Position numbers and translations under genes: made by a program
Assembly (NCBI GenBank): GCA_037447605.1
Contig: CM074807.1
Span: 4,173,993-4,237,992 of the forward strand
Length of the DNA stretch: 64,000 bases
From: Zygnema circumcarinatum SAG 698-1b
Lineage: Eukaryota > Plantae > Zygnematophyceae
Direction of reading: 5' to 3'
In this document: one piece after another, positions 11,601 to 37,512 of the stretch
Numbering within the stretch: the stretch's first letter is position 1
How the letters are laid out: every line of letters begins with the position of its first letter
The notes under the pieces: generated by a model
Told to the model about the DNA's origin: nothing
What the model saw: the letters and a program-made list of their open reading frames with translations, nothing else
Databases searched by the model: none

Positions 11601-12152
11601 ATGGCTATTGGGATGGCGGCGGAGGAGGATGGGGGCGGAAACGTGGTCTACCTCTCCCGGGGCCTGCACGAGAGGGCGCATCGCTGCCGCGGCACGTGCG
11701 CTATCCAGCACCTCTGGGGGAACATGTACAGGTCGGTGCGGCTCCCGTCTCAAGCCGCCTCTCCTCTCCTAAGGAGGCTCTCCTGCAGATAGACGCCGCG
11801 CTTTAGATTGCTTCGGATGATGAAGAAGATATGGCGGCGATTTGTTCATCCCAGTTGACGGTGCCTCTCACGGCTGTTTTCTTGCAGATGCTGTCTCAGC
11901 AACACGATTCATGTTTGTGACATGAACTGCGACCATAAGGTTCTGTACGATAATCACAGCAGTGTCTGCATAATCAGCCGACGAACATTCCCTCTCACAT
12001 CACACGAGCAGGAGTTTGCTTGCAGTCGTCGCCGGGTGCGAGAGATTGATGCTCCAGAAACGTGCGGCTCTAAGAGGCGCTCCGTTTTTCGTCAAGGCAG
12101 GGTCCTTGCCGTTCCGTCATCGGGAGATTCGTCCTGTATGGACCTCAGTTGA
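11601..12152 (+). CDS. Small Cys/His-rich putative zinc-binding protein of unknown function (2 exons, about 131 aa)
   Basis: Exon 11601-11731 (MAIGMAAEEDGGGNVVYLSRGLHERAHRCRGTCAIQHLWGNMYR) splices in phase 2 to 11888-12152 (CCLSNTIHVCDMNCDHKVLYDNHSSVCIISRRTFPL...). It resembles a conserved uncharacterised plant protein I recall (NCxxxILYDNHSSxC motif). Confidence 0.75.
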
Positions 12153-13584
12153 AAGGGCTGCAGGCTGCAGGGCAAGCAGTTTTGCTGCGGAATGGTACTC
12201 TTCCTGTGGAAGGACGAATGTCAGGTCTGAGAACATAGCTGTTGGGATGCGTGTCTGCGGCATAGTCAACTCGATTCTCGTTTGGATGAAGACCTTGCTT
12301 TCGGAATGCAACTTTTCCGCCATCTGAAGGTGTGCACGGCGTGCAACTGAGCAAGCACGGAGAGGCCGCCAGATGCGACGGTTGCAGAACAGTCAGCGTT
12401 GTGTATAGTAGAGTAGTGCCTTGAGTTTTGTGTGTCGTCTGGCGGAGATTCCGTCAGGAAAGTATCCAGAATGTGCTCCATCGCCAGTTTTGGCTCGGAG
12501 GGCTCCCTCCGTGCAAGGACGGTGACGTCTGCAAACTGCTTTGCCAGCGGCTTCCTCAAAGTGGCCCATTTGGTTGCAGGTCTTTTGCGAACGGCATTTC
12601 TCACATAGATGCGTGCATAGCATATTTTGCATAGAGAGGTGTGCTGTAATAAGGCCTGGCCTATCCTTGTTGCTGGACATTAGCCGAGAGTTTGATATCT
12701 CTGGAAAATAATGTGCACTATGCATAGTGGAAGAAGCTTGCGGATGCTAGAAAGGATCAGCAAAATGAGCGATGCCGGAAGGCTTGAGGATTATTTGGTC
12801 GTACGGTATATCGTGATGATTCAGCAACCGAGCATTTACAGGATAGGCTCAAACTGTTCGCTTCAACTTTACCCTTTTTGTTTTTTTGTCATGCCCGGAG
12901 GCGCAAGCCAGTGCTGGGAACATTGCTACTGTCACCGCCATTCAAATTTTCGCAATACGACACTTTTTTGGGATACTTCTTTGCCCAGGTTTGTTGGTTG
13001 AACTGCAGGTTGTGTCCAGTCCTGTGCAACATGTCAGAATGGATATGTGGTGATTGGATGGATGTATGTCTTTTGCATCTGCTGTTGAAATTATCACAAG
13101 AGTATTGCCCACTGCAGGTTTCTGCTGGTTTTTTTTTTTTTTTTGCTGGATGCAATCTGACTGAGTGATGGCGGGAAAGCATGCCAGAAAAAAGTCTGTT
13201 GTGTTGGATACATGTGCTTTTTTTTTCAAACTTGTGGGACTTTTTGTTGCACGTGTTAATGGAAAAAGGAGGTCATTTGCGCGCACACTCGACCCGGGTC
13301 AGCGTTGGCCGCAGGAGCAAGGTTGGCTTCGCTCTCAGTGCCTTGCGCTAAAACACCACAACAGCTCTAGAACAGAGGCATCTATTCTGGGCATCTACGC
13401 GGGTGGAAGAGACAAAGGGACGATCAATCATCAATCAATTGATTAGGAAAGCCCACCAAGGTCGCTCCAATTGAGGACCACAGCACAATGAATGCTAACT
13501 TTATTCACTGTTCGGATACAATCAAATGCAAAGAATAACCCATAAATGTACATGAATAATCGAGGAGCCTGCCTCAAGACTTCC

Positions 13585-16500
13585 TCAAGACTGCTGCTGC
13601 TGCTGACACATGCACTCAGGTGCGGGATACCCAATGACGTCCCGCCCTTGCCGCGCGGTGCGCAGCTGCATGCGGCTGGACGTGTCGCCCTGCGCCTCCT
13701 TCACCGCCGCTTCGAAGTCTCCAACGGGCAACCCCCCCCCCCCCCGGTCCTGCAGAAGCTGCGCCACGAGCTTGCGCTTGTTGGGCATCACGAACTTGCG
13801 CGGCCCAAAAAAGGCGCGATGCCCCTGAAGCCGCGGGGCACAGCACAGCAAGGGACTGACTGACTGGTCAGTGGCAGCGCCCTTAAGGTGGAGCACACAC
13901 TCCGATTCTACACAGACTACTCATCGCTAACAAGGAGCAGCATCTTACAACAGGAAGTGGGTGGGTCAAGGTAATGGTTTTGGAGCTGAACCTGAAGAAC
14001 ATGCGCCATGTTTCCACCGTGCGATGGCATGAAGACATCACTTTCGAGGGCGATAATGAAGTCGATCGCTGCCAACATGTTGCCGTGGCGTGCCACGTGT
14101 GCCATTTCCGTTGATTCTGCCAAGGTCCACTTCGTATGGATCTCTGCAAAAGCTTCTTTCAGTGGGGCTAACGCGACATCTCCCCCATACGGCTCTCCTC
14201 CAGCCCAGAATATTCGCGTGCGCTTGCTGGCTCCCAACGCCTTCAGTATCCTGCATGCATGCAGGATGGCCACGGGATTGCCATGAGTTAGGTCCAATCA
14301 GGGCCATTGAAGGATGGACAATCACACTGAACTTCACACCTTTCTCCTATTCCAAACTACTCTGCTACACACCTGACAACCATGGCTGCGGAGAGAGGGC
14401 ACAGCCCATTTTGCAACCGCTGCTCGAACGTGAGATTGCTCCTCGCCGTGAGCAGTTCCGGTTTCAGCTCACGTTCCCGCACAATTCCCTGGTCGAGTTC
14501 TTCACCAAGCCCGGGAAGGCACCCCGTTCTGACCCAAACATCCTTTTCAAGCCTCAAGTGCAGGGCAACATACGGCCCCTCTGCTGCCATGCGGGAGGCT
14601 AGCTTCTGTCCAATCTCCTGAATGATGGGAGAAAATTTAAGCGCTTCAAACTCCACCTGCGGTTGCCTCCACCGGTTTGATCATGAGCATACAGAGCAGT
14701 GACAATGATCACTATATGGGCTTAAAGATAAACGACTAGGAACTGCCTTACTAAATGCTTTCTTTCTTGCTACTTGATGCGAAGAAGATGAGGAATTGGC
14801 CATGCAAACCATACTTTGCAGCGCAGACGCTGAAGATCAAGAGGCAGGTCGTCAGCGAGGGCGCCATCCAGCCCTCTGATGATCATCACGTGGTCTTTCC
14901 GAAGCTGCAACGCCGCATTGCTACGGTTCAGCCCACTTTCCACTACTGTTTCTGTAACTGAGAACCTGAATGGGTGACAGACACACAGCGGACCACCGCT
15001 TACACAACGTTTGTGCTTGTAACCTTCGTCTCTCCGCGGCAGCAACCCAGGTAGACCCACATGGTCCTCACAGCTTGCGTATCTGCCAGTCTGACAAGTC
15101 CACACAAGCAGAACAGCTTGCATGAATGTAGAGTCGGGATTTAGACCTGACGGTAGAGATTTTCGAACAGCCATTCTGGAGAAGCTCCGAGCTTGGGCTG
15201 ACGTTCCACCGCATGAGTCATACGCAGATGTGCAACCGGCAGGGAGGTGACTATGCGCACATCGCTGTTCAGCACTTGCCGAAAGTGCGCCACATCAAAC
15301 AGATCTGCAAACTCGCTGCACACAACTTTCCAGCAGCCCTTCAGAAGCCAAGCTGGCAACCAGCTAGACTTTATGCTTGATAAAGAAGAGAGTCAGTATG
15401 AAGCCACAACGCAGATGCACACATGTGACACAAATAAGGCAGCCCAGTGCATGGATCAAAGTTGAAGTCGAACTGTAAAACTCTAGTTTTCAGTTTCAAA
15501 GAGTAAAAGTAGACGGCATAAAGCTTTGTTTTCCACAAACGTGGCCAATCCAGGCCTTCGAATTTCTGCAAATGTCAAAAGAAGAGATGAGTGGGGTGGG
15601 AAGAGCCGCAGGTCGGCTTGCCTGTGATCTTTCCATATGCCGTTGTACGACAGGACGGGAACCACTAGCGATGCTTGAAGCACGCGAGCGATGACGACTG
15701 CTGTCCCAATTTGGCGCCGCATTTGGTTCAAGCCGCCGGTCACAACTGCCACAATGTATATCTCTGACTTGAGCACCTTCTCGGACTGCTGCCTGTAATC
15801 CTCGCTCTTGTCCAAGCACGGCTGCCACCCTTCTGCATCCGGCTGAAGCACCCTCCCCCCACCCAGTTCTCTCACTTCTTCTTCTTCTTCTTCTTCTCAC
15901 TTGTAAGCAATTGAGAATGTATTCAAGTACATGCTGTGGTGGCATTTTGATCAGTGATTCGTAATCAGCGTTCTACAAGGACAGACCCATCCCCTACCCG
16001 GATGGATCAAAAAAATGAAGGAACTACTACCCTCTGAACTTCTCTAAGTGGTTACCAAGAAGTCGTGGAACAGCACATGCCCCGCATGGAAACTCAAGGT
16101 TTAGCGTAGAGTATAAGTGCTTCTGCACCTTAGAAAACGGTTGCTTTATCCCCAATAGACTAAAAGTGTATCGGACTCTCATAGAACGTATAGCTTCTAT
16201 ACACTTGCTATTATTGAAGTCCTCGACACGTACATTTGTTTCAACAAAGATAGAAATTTCAGCCAGATAGGTTCATTGGTAAGGGCTAGCGATTTTCGGT
16301 AAATCTAAGGAGCTATATTGAAGCAATTTCATAAGTTAAAAAAATGTCGTGGGCTCGACCATGAACCCCATTCGGAAAGGGAGGGGGTAAGGAGAAATGA
16401 AAATCTTCTATCGAGCCCTGTCTAATGTAGAAGAACAGTTGATGCGAAGACATGTTGTCCATCACATTTGAACTTTTAGCTTCAGGGGATGCACTTGTTC

Positions 16501-17839
16501 ATTCCTAACAGCGGTTGCGCTCCTAAAATGTGAGCAGGAGCGATTATGAAACCTCTAGCTCTTAAATGCTGTCACATGTTCATAGACTTCGGTTTATTTT
16601 TTCCGGTCGACTTTCTTTCCAGAGACTGCAGTCCAACATAGCGAGCAATCAACAAGTAGTACAATTGAAACCTTCGAGGAGACACGCACACGCTTTCCGC
16701 GAAACTTCCTGTGAACGAAGAAAGCAAGAAAGTTTACCTGCTTCCAAAACGATTTCTCTTGCTGTGTAAGCGGCTCTTCATCCTTAGACAGTACTCGTGG
16801 CCACACTGCCCCACCTTCTCCTTTGGCCTTTGCGTATGCCTCGTGTTTTATAACTTCCGGGGCCTCCTCACACGATCCGCCGAGCAGGCCAGAGGTGAAT
16901 ACTCTGCAAGAACACAGCTACTACGCGTGAGAACCATCTGATACTGGAGACCACTTTCTCAATAAAACGGCACAAAGAAGAGATCATTGTATATTTGGAC
17001 GACGGAGCAAATGAGTTGTAAAGGATTCCAGGAGGTCAGAGTGCTGCAGATGACGAATTAATGCACAACTTGAAAATGGCATTACTTAACAGATTATCGA
17101 CTTGCACAATGACTTGTTGGAACTTGGTTCACAATGCAGAGAATTATTAAACTAGTCCACTATTTCCATTTTTCTATTCTGAGCAAGTGAAAAAAGGAAG
17201 TAAGGGAATAAAGAAAAGCAAATCCTCTTCTCAAGGACAAGCACATTCTGTGCTGAATTATAGTGCATATTGAAATCCTTTGAAAGAATCCTTTAAATGG
17301 TTTCATCTTTTCTGCCTCCTACCCGCAATGCACGACCTATGTTGAAAAACCTCTCGAAAAAACTGATTTCCATTTGAGCACAGACGACTCCTTTCTGTGC
17401 TGATCCGTGCAAGAGAAGAAACCTGCCTGCCTGTGCGGACGAGGAAGAGTGCAGAAATGAAGCCGATCACCAGCCATCGGATTTTCAACCCTACTTTATT
17501 TTCTCCAATGAACGAGAACGGTCTCTCTCTGCAAAAAGGAGCTCTTCCAGTTGTAAGCAGACATGCACCGGTCTCCGCATTCTCAGGCCATACTCACGAT
17601 TCCAAAGAAAAAAATATTTACACCCCCCTCGCCCCCCTTCCCCACCCCGCCAAATCTCCACCAGAATGACCACAGCAAGCTGAATCAAATCCCTTGGCAA
17701 AAGGTAAGCACTTAGTCCCTGCCAAGCGCTCCTGAGAGAGTGAAGTGTGCAAGAAAAAGAACAACCGCAGCCTGCCCTGCCCTGCCTTGTCACCATTGCA
17801 TTGCATTGCGTACCTGCGCGTCACACTCCGCACGGCCAT
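13585..17839 (-). CDS. Plant O-fucosyltransferase family protein (type II membrane, multi-exon)
   Basis: Exons include 16896-16738 (..QEKSFWKQ), 15843 onward (PDAEGWQPC..GGLNQMRRQI), about 15317-15146 (SEFADLFD), about 14656-14371 (GPYVALHLRLEKDVWVRTGC), 14250-13992 (IFWAGGEP..AIDFIIALESDVFMPSHGGNM) and 13824-13585 (GHRAF..PECMC*). N-terminal transmembrane-like stretch at about 17440-17490. The first exons and start codon are less certain. Confidence 0.92.
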
Positions 17840-20424
17840 GGCCCGTCCCCCTCCCCCTCCCCCTCCCCCTCCCCCTCCCCCGCTTCCTGCCCCTCCCTGC
17901 GGCAGCAGCGGAGGGCGTCCTTACGTGGGCCACGGCCTTCGGCCCAAAAGGCCCAAAAGGCGCACGGCCCGCCCGAGGGAGGGAGGGAGGGCGGGAGGGA
18001 GGCCGCCCGTGCCGGCCGACACTCTTCCGTACATATTCGTACCGTCCGGCATAGTTTCAAGCGGGCGGCCGCCGCTCCGTGCACAGCGCTGACCGAAGCG
18101 TCACGATACGTCCGTACGGCCGCCACTTGGCAGCGGAGGGACGGCGCACACCGCACGGGCAATTCGCGCACGGGAGAGGGGAAGGAGCCTAGTTAGGCGC
18201 ACACTGCAATGCATGGATTGCATGCATGCAATGTGGGGAGGGTGCACTACTGCGTGAAAACATGCACTCGCATGCATCTGATGCATGCATGCCAACCAGG
18301 AGGAATACGGAGAGAGAATACAGAGAGACCAGACCGCAGTGGGACCATTGCGGGATCTTATTTGGGTCAGCTTCCAAGCGGGCCAGGCAGTTTCAATAGA
18401 GGTGGCGCTTTCCATTCCATGCGGAGGAAGATGAAGGCGGTGACGGATGAGCCACTTCCATCATTCGCGACAGCCTGCACGACTGACGAGGGCATCGCCT
18501 GATGGCAGAAAGAAATTGCTAGGAAAAAATGAAGAGAAACAAAGCAAGAGTGACATGAATAGCGTTCGCAACAGCTTTTTCGAACTAGTTCAAGTGCCCT
18601 ACAAGCCCCGGATTGACTATCGACGGGAGTCACGCGATACATTCAGGTCTTGAAACTGAGTGATTCTCAGCCGAACATTGGAGTTTCTTTCCCAGTCTCC
18701 TTGACAAGCCGTCTGCCATCGGCACTTCACAACCCCACTACCACTCCAGCCATACTATGCTGAAGTCAATCAACGAAGGAGGAGTATCCGCTTTAACAAA
18801 GCAAATGCTTCTTTCTCTCAGCGACAATCAGGTGGTTAGACACCGAGGGACATTTCTTACATTCCTTTTATCACACGTCAAAGGAAAGTAGTGCGACTTT
18901 GCAGAAGGATTCAAAAGCAGCCTTGGAAGGAATGAAAACACTCAGATAACCTTTCTGCGCCAGAACAGCATACGTTAGAAAACATGAGCACCAGGTACAC
19001 TTTCAGGTCGAGTGATTCTCATGGACTGCAGATCGAAGTAACAAGCAAACACAGGTGAGAAACTTCTGAAAACCACCCTAATCGCGGTAACCTGCCAAGC
19101 AGGCAGGAAACATTATCCTCAAACACAGTTTAAATGTAATAAGAACCATACAGGAACCCCAGAACAAGAGCTCATCAAGAGTTTTGAGTTCCTTTTGAAC
19201 ACGAGGATTATTTCCAAAAAACATTGGCGACATCATTTCGGTTTGCAGACTCTAACTTCAGCCAGCCGTGACTATACCCTATAGACACATTATTCCCTGG
19301 AAACGTTCCGACCGAAAAACTCCCTACTAAGCATTTTTTTCTTGTACTCCCTGACGAAGGATAGTTCTGCATTTTTCCCATGCGTAACTAGATTTCCGCT
19401 GCAAATCCTCATGGGCGTCTAAGAAAGATTATTGAACCACAAAAGAGAAGGCACAACCACATGAAGTAACAAACCCTCAAAGCAAAAGCTATCCTCACCA
19501 TGTTTGGTGATTACCTCACTGGTACCCACGACTATAAACAGCCTGAGCTCTCGCCGGCAAAATTGCCTTTCACTTCCGGGGCAAAAAGGAGAGAATTGCA
19601 CGAACGAAAGCTTCTCTTCAGCTGGCAACACATGAAGATGAGCTGTCGGTGGGGCGATAACATAGAAGAGGCGAAACTCTCTTAATAAGAACGCACCTTC
19701 TTGCTTCAAATCTGACGATCAGGTACAGCCGGCTATTCTGAGCGTATGCAGGCAATCATAAACTCACAGCAAACGGCAAGGGTATCGAACCCTCTAACTT
19801 CTCCAATAGCTCTGAAAGCCGTAACCGCACTTGATAAATCTTCAGCACGCACACTCTACGCGACCGCAACTAGCGACATCGTGCTCCCCTTGCCCTCGAC
19901 CTTCTCCTTCAAAGCCACAGCTTCTCGTCATTGCTGGAAGTGCGCCTCACTGGAAAGGGAAGACGACGCACAAGAAAGCCCTGAAAGTCTGCCGCAGCTG
20001 CAGGCAGGGCTGCCACTCCGCCTCGCCGGAGGTGACGGAACGCCTCCACTCTCCCTCCCTCCCTCCTTCAGCCTCAGTCAGCGCGTGGACAGCAGAGGGA
20101 TGCTGCTCAGCGGTGGGCAGAGCGACAGCTTCCCGCGCTTGGCCGGTCAGTCAGTGCCCGTGGCCATGGCCATCGCACTCATGCCATGCCATGCCATGCC
20201 ATTCGTCCTCCAGCAGCTCGCGATGCAATACAAAGCGATACGATACGATACGCCTCCAGCGGGTGGGTGGTGCCTCCGGCCTCCCGCCTCGCGCTGCCGA
20301 AGAGGGCGCTGCCGCCTGCTCGTGTGGCTGATGGTGACGGCCCGGCCCGGGCCAGCAGAGGAAGAGAGCGGGAGAGGGGAGAATCTCGCATTGAAGCATT
20401 AGCTCTGCCACGCTTGCAGAGGAT

Positions 20425-21156
20425 ATGAAGCAAGAGCTACAGGAGAATGCGGCCACTGCAGCCGGTGCAGTTGCTCCCCGTGTGGAGGAATCAGTAGACG
20501 GTTGGCTTATTGACTTTGATAGACAGCTCTCAGCGAGGTTGTATGTGGAGGGAAAGGGGACTCTGAGGTGGTTTCTCATTATTTTGGAGCACACAGGCAA
20601 TGGCTTATTCTGGCTGCCTGTTTCGCTGGCCACGTGGCTCTCACCATGGCCGCTTTCTCCCATATTTCGAAGCCTACTCCTCAACTTATTCTTTGCGTTT
20701 GCTCTCGACTTGGTGGTGGTGGGGACTATAAAATCAGTCGTGCGCCGATCGAGACCTAGCTATAATCACTCAATGTCGCTGGTGTTGGCTGCGGATAAAT
20801 GGTCTTTTCCTAGCGGCCATTCGTCTCGGGCGCTCCTGATTTCTTCCTTCTTTATGTTGTGTAAAGAGTCACTGAAGGCCAGCGTCACGTCCGACACCAC
20901 CGTTCATCTGTTGCTCACTGCTCTGTGTGTGTGGGCAGTGGCCACAGCCTCTTCCCGAGTACTTTTAGGCCGACATTTTGCTATTGATGTCATCATAGGC
21001 GCTCTTTTAGGCATGTTGGAGGCGCATGTTGCTCATCGTTTCCTTTGGATCCCTTGGAAAGTCTCCGAAGGCTTGCATCATTCAGCTGTGCAGTGCCTCT
21101 CTATGCAGTCATCTTGCTTTCAATCGCTCTCCAGAACAATTTATTCATTTGAATAG
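20425..21156 (+). CDS. PAP2-superfamily lipid phosphate phosphatase (LPP-beta/PLPP6-like), intronless
   Basis: 243-aa ORF with all three PAP2 motifs (KSVVRRSRP, FPSGH, SRVLLGRHFAID) and several hydrophobic helices. Confidence 0.93.
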   Translation: MKQELQENAATAAGAVAPRVEESVDGWLIDFDRQLSARLYVEGKGTLRWFLIILEHTGNGLFWLPVSLATWLSPWPLSPIFRSLLLNLFFAFALDLVVVGTIKSVVRRSRPSYNHSMSLVLAADKWSFPSGHSSRALLISSFFMLCKESLKASVTSDTTVHLLLTALCVWAVATASSRVLLGRHFAIDVIIGALLGMLEAHVAHRFLWIPWKVSEGLHHSAVQCLSMQSSCFQSLSRTIYSFE

Positions 21157-22850
21157 CCTGAATGCCCTTCATTTTTCGTGTTACTCTTGAATTTAATACT
21201 TGCTCCGAGTCGGTGTGCATGAATGCTTCACGCTAGAGTAGGTTTGTGTGAAGTGATGTACGAGCCGAACGCTTGATCAACCAATCCATGACCATTGATT
21301 GCATCGAATGTGTGCCACTCGTTGCATGCAACATGCCTTCATTCAGTTGGAACCACTTCCACAAGCTGCGCATCTCCTTTGAAAAGAAGTGGAATGGTTG
21401 GCAAGACTACACCCTGTGTATGCACTTTGGAGGTTCATATGATAATTTTCTATCCCTTAGTTTGCCATTGGTTGCCATTGAGTACAAAGGACTCTCTGCT
21501 CATAAAAAAAGCACACGCCAGAGCTTCTTTGTGGCAGAGGTAAAAAGGTTTTCGCATGTGACTCGTCAGTTTGCTGACGCAAACAAATAAAAAGAGAAGA
21601 CGAAATGCAGTTATCGGTTGCGTGGAGCACTCAAGGCTTGCCCCTCCCGCCCACTGCGCAGGGTGACAGATTGCGCCGTTCCTGGCCACCACTCAGGACT
21701 GCGCACCAGGCTCTCGCCTGGCTCTGACCATGGCCGCTTTCTCCCATATTTCGAAGCCTACTCCTCAACTTATTCTTTGCGTTTGCTCTCGACTTGGTGG
21801 TGGTGGGGACTATAAAATCAGTCGTGCGCCGATCGAGACCTAGCTATAATCACTCAATGTCGCTGGTGTTGGCTGCGGATAAATGGTCTTTTCCTAGCGG
21901 CCATTCGTCTCGGGCGCTCCTAATTTTTTTCTTCTTTATGTTGTGTAAAGAGTCACTGAAGGCCAGCGTCACGTCCGACACCACCGTTCATTTGCTACTC
22001 ACTACTCTTTGTGTGTGTAGGCAGTGGCCACAGTCTCTTCCCAAATATTTTTAGGTCGACATTTTGCTATTGATGTCATTATAGGCGCTCTTTTAGGCAT
22101 GCTGGAGGCGCATGTTGCTCATCGTTTCCTCTGGATCCCTTGGAAAATCTCTGAAGGCTTGCATCATTCAGCTGTGAATCTCTGAAGGCTTGCATCATTC
22201 AACTGTGCAGTGCCTCTCTATGCAATCATATTGCTTTCAATCGCTCTCCAGTACAATTTATTCATCAAAATAGCCTGAATGCCCTTATATTTTTCGTGTT
22301 ACTCTTGAATTTAATACTTGGCTTCGAGTCGGTGTGCATGAATGCTTCACGCCAGAGAAAGCATCTCGTGCCCAACTTGTGTGAAGTGATGAACGAACCG
22401 AACGCTTGATCAACCAATCCATGACCACTGATTGCATCAAATGTGTGCCACTCGTTGCATGCAACATGCCTTCATGCAGTTGAAACCACTTCCAAAAGCT
22501 GCGCATCTCCCTTGAAAAGAAATGGAATGGATGGCGAGACTACACCCTATGCATGCACTTCAAAGGTTCATATGACATTCTTCATGCCATTGACTACCAC
22601 CGAGTACGAAGGACTCTCTGCTCATAAAAACGCACACGCCAGAGCTTCTTTGTGGCAGAGGCAAAAAGGTTTTCGCAAGTGACTCGTCAGTTTGCTGACG
22701 CAAAAAAATGAAAAGAGAAGATGGAAGGCAATGATCGGTTGCGTGGAGTACTCAAAGCTTGCCCCGGCCGCCCACTGCGCAGGGTGACAGACTGCCGCCC
22801 CCCTTTGACGAGGTCCCGCCGTTCTTGGCCACCACTCAGGACTGCTGCGC
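20635..22850 (+). repeat. Tandem segmental duplication, unit about 1.1 kb (20635-21705 and 21719-22850)
   Basis: The 3' part of the CDS and ~550 bp of downstream sequence are repeated with scattered substitutions and indels. Confidence 0.92.
21719..22273 (+). pseudogene. 5'-truncated, frameshifted tandem copy of the PAP2 gene
   Basis: Similarity to 20635-21156 begins at 21719. It lacks the first ~70 codons, has a +1 frameshift near 22019, SR->SQ in motif 3, and an internal ~29-bp duplication (TCTCTGAAGGCTTGCATCATTCA twice, about 22149-22201). Confidence 0.9.
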
Positions 22851-23084
22851 AAGGCCCGCAGGACCACTGCCTGCAAGCGGAGTTCAAGCTCAATATGGGG
22901 TTTCCTCACTGATATGACGAAACCATGCCGTGCAGATCGATGGGGAGTTCTGTGCAAACAAAAAATATAAATACATGGCGGCGACCCATCTGCCACATGT
23001 TCCGCTTCGCACGCAGGTGCGCCCCAACGAGACAATGCAGTGAGAACGAAAGCCCGGATCCACATCCGAAGCCCTGCGTCCTCA

Positions 23085-36995
<13,911 letters not shown>

Positions 36996-37072
36996 GTCTC
37001 TCGAGAAAAGAATGGCTCCTCGAGCACATAGACAGCAAGCAAGCAAGCAGTCGTCTCCGATGCTGCAAAGGG

Positions 37073-37108
<36 letters not shown>

Positions 37109-37347
37109 CCTCCCTCCCTCTCTCGCCAAGGCGAGGCGGGCGCGCTGTGCGAGGGCGCTGTGCGCCACGTGGGGCCGCGAGCAGCCCGCAGGCGTGGCCC
37201 CGCGCCGCGTGGCGCGCGCGCATTGGCGCGCTCCGCCACCTGCGCACTCCCGCCCTGCCCGACCGTACGGAGTTGTACGGCCGCAACCAGTCTCATGCTC
37301 GCGGCTTCCGTACGGGCGCCGTCGTACGTTTCAGTACGGACGGGCGG
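36996..37347. promoter_or_regulatory. Putative bidirectional promoter between ABCC (-) and PARG-B (+)
   Basis: Divergent genes with ATGs about 350-530 bp apart; GC-rich; CCACGTGG G-box near 37165; GTAC cluster at 37265-37368; (GCCT)n at about 37073-37108. Confidence 0.55.
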
Positions 37348-37451
37348 ATGGACGAAAAAGTACAGTACTGTAGCTCCCTCCCTCCCGCGGTCCCGACTCG
37401 ACGCGACTCGACTCGAGGCCGCCGGAGAGGAGGGAGAAGAGAGAAGAGCAT

Positions 37452-37512
<61 letters not shown>

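Noticed and set aside
12145-13200. Several 70-110 aa ORFs between the convergent Cys/His gene and the O-fucosyltransferase
   Set aside because: No consistent exon chain or recognisable motif; most simply 3'-UTR/intergenic sequence, though a small gene cannot be excluded.
19746-20402. 218-aa plus-strand ORF upstream of PAP2
   Set aside because: It runs through a GC-rich promoter with microsatellites, has no motif, and local base skew suggests minus-strand transcription.
21273-21590. 105-aa ORF in the PAP2 3' flank
   Set aside because: The duplicated copy has an early stop, and no motif was recognised.
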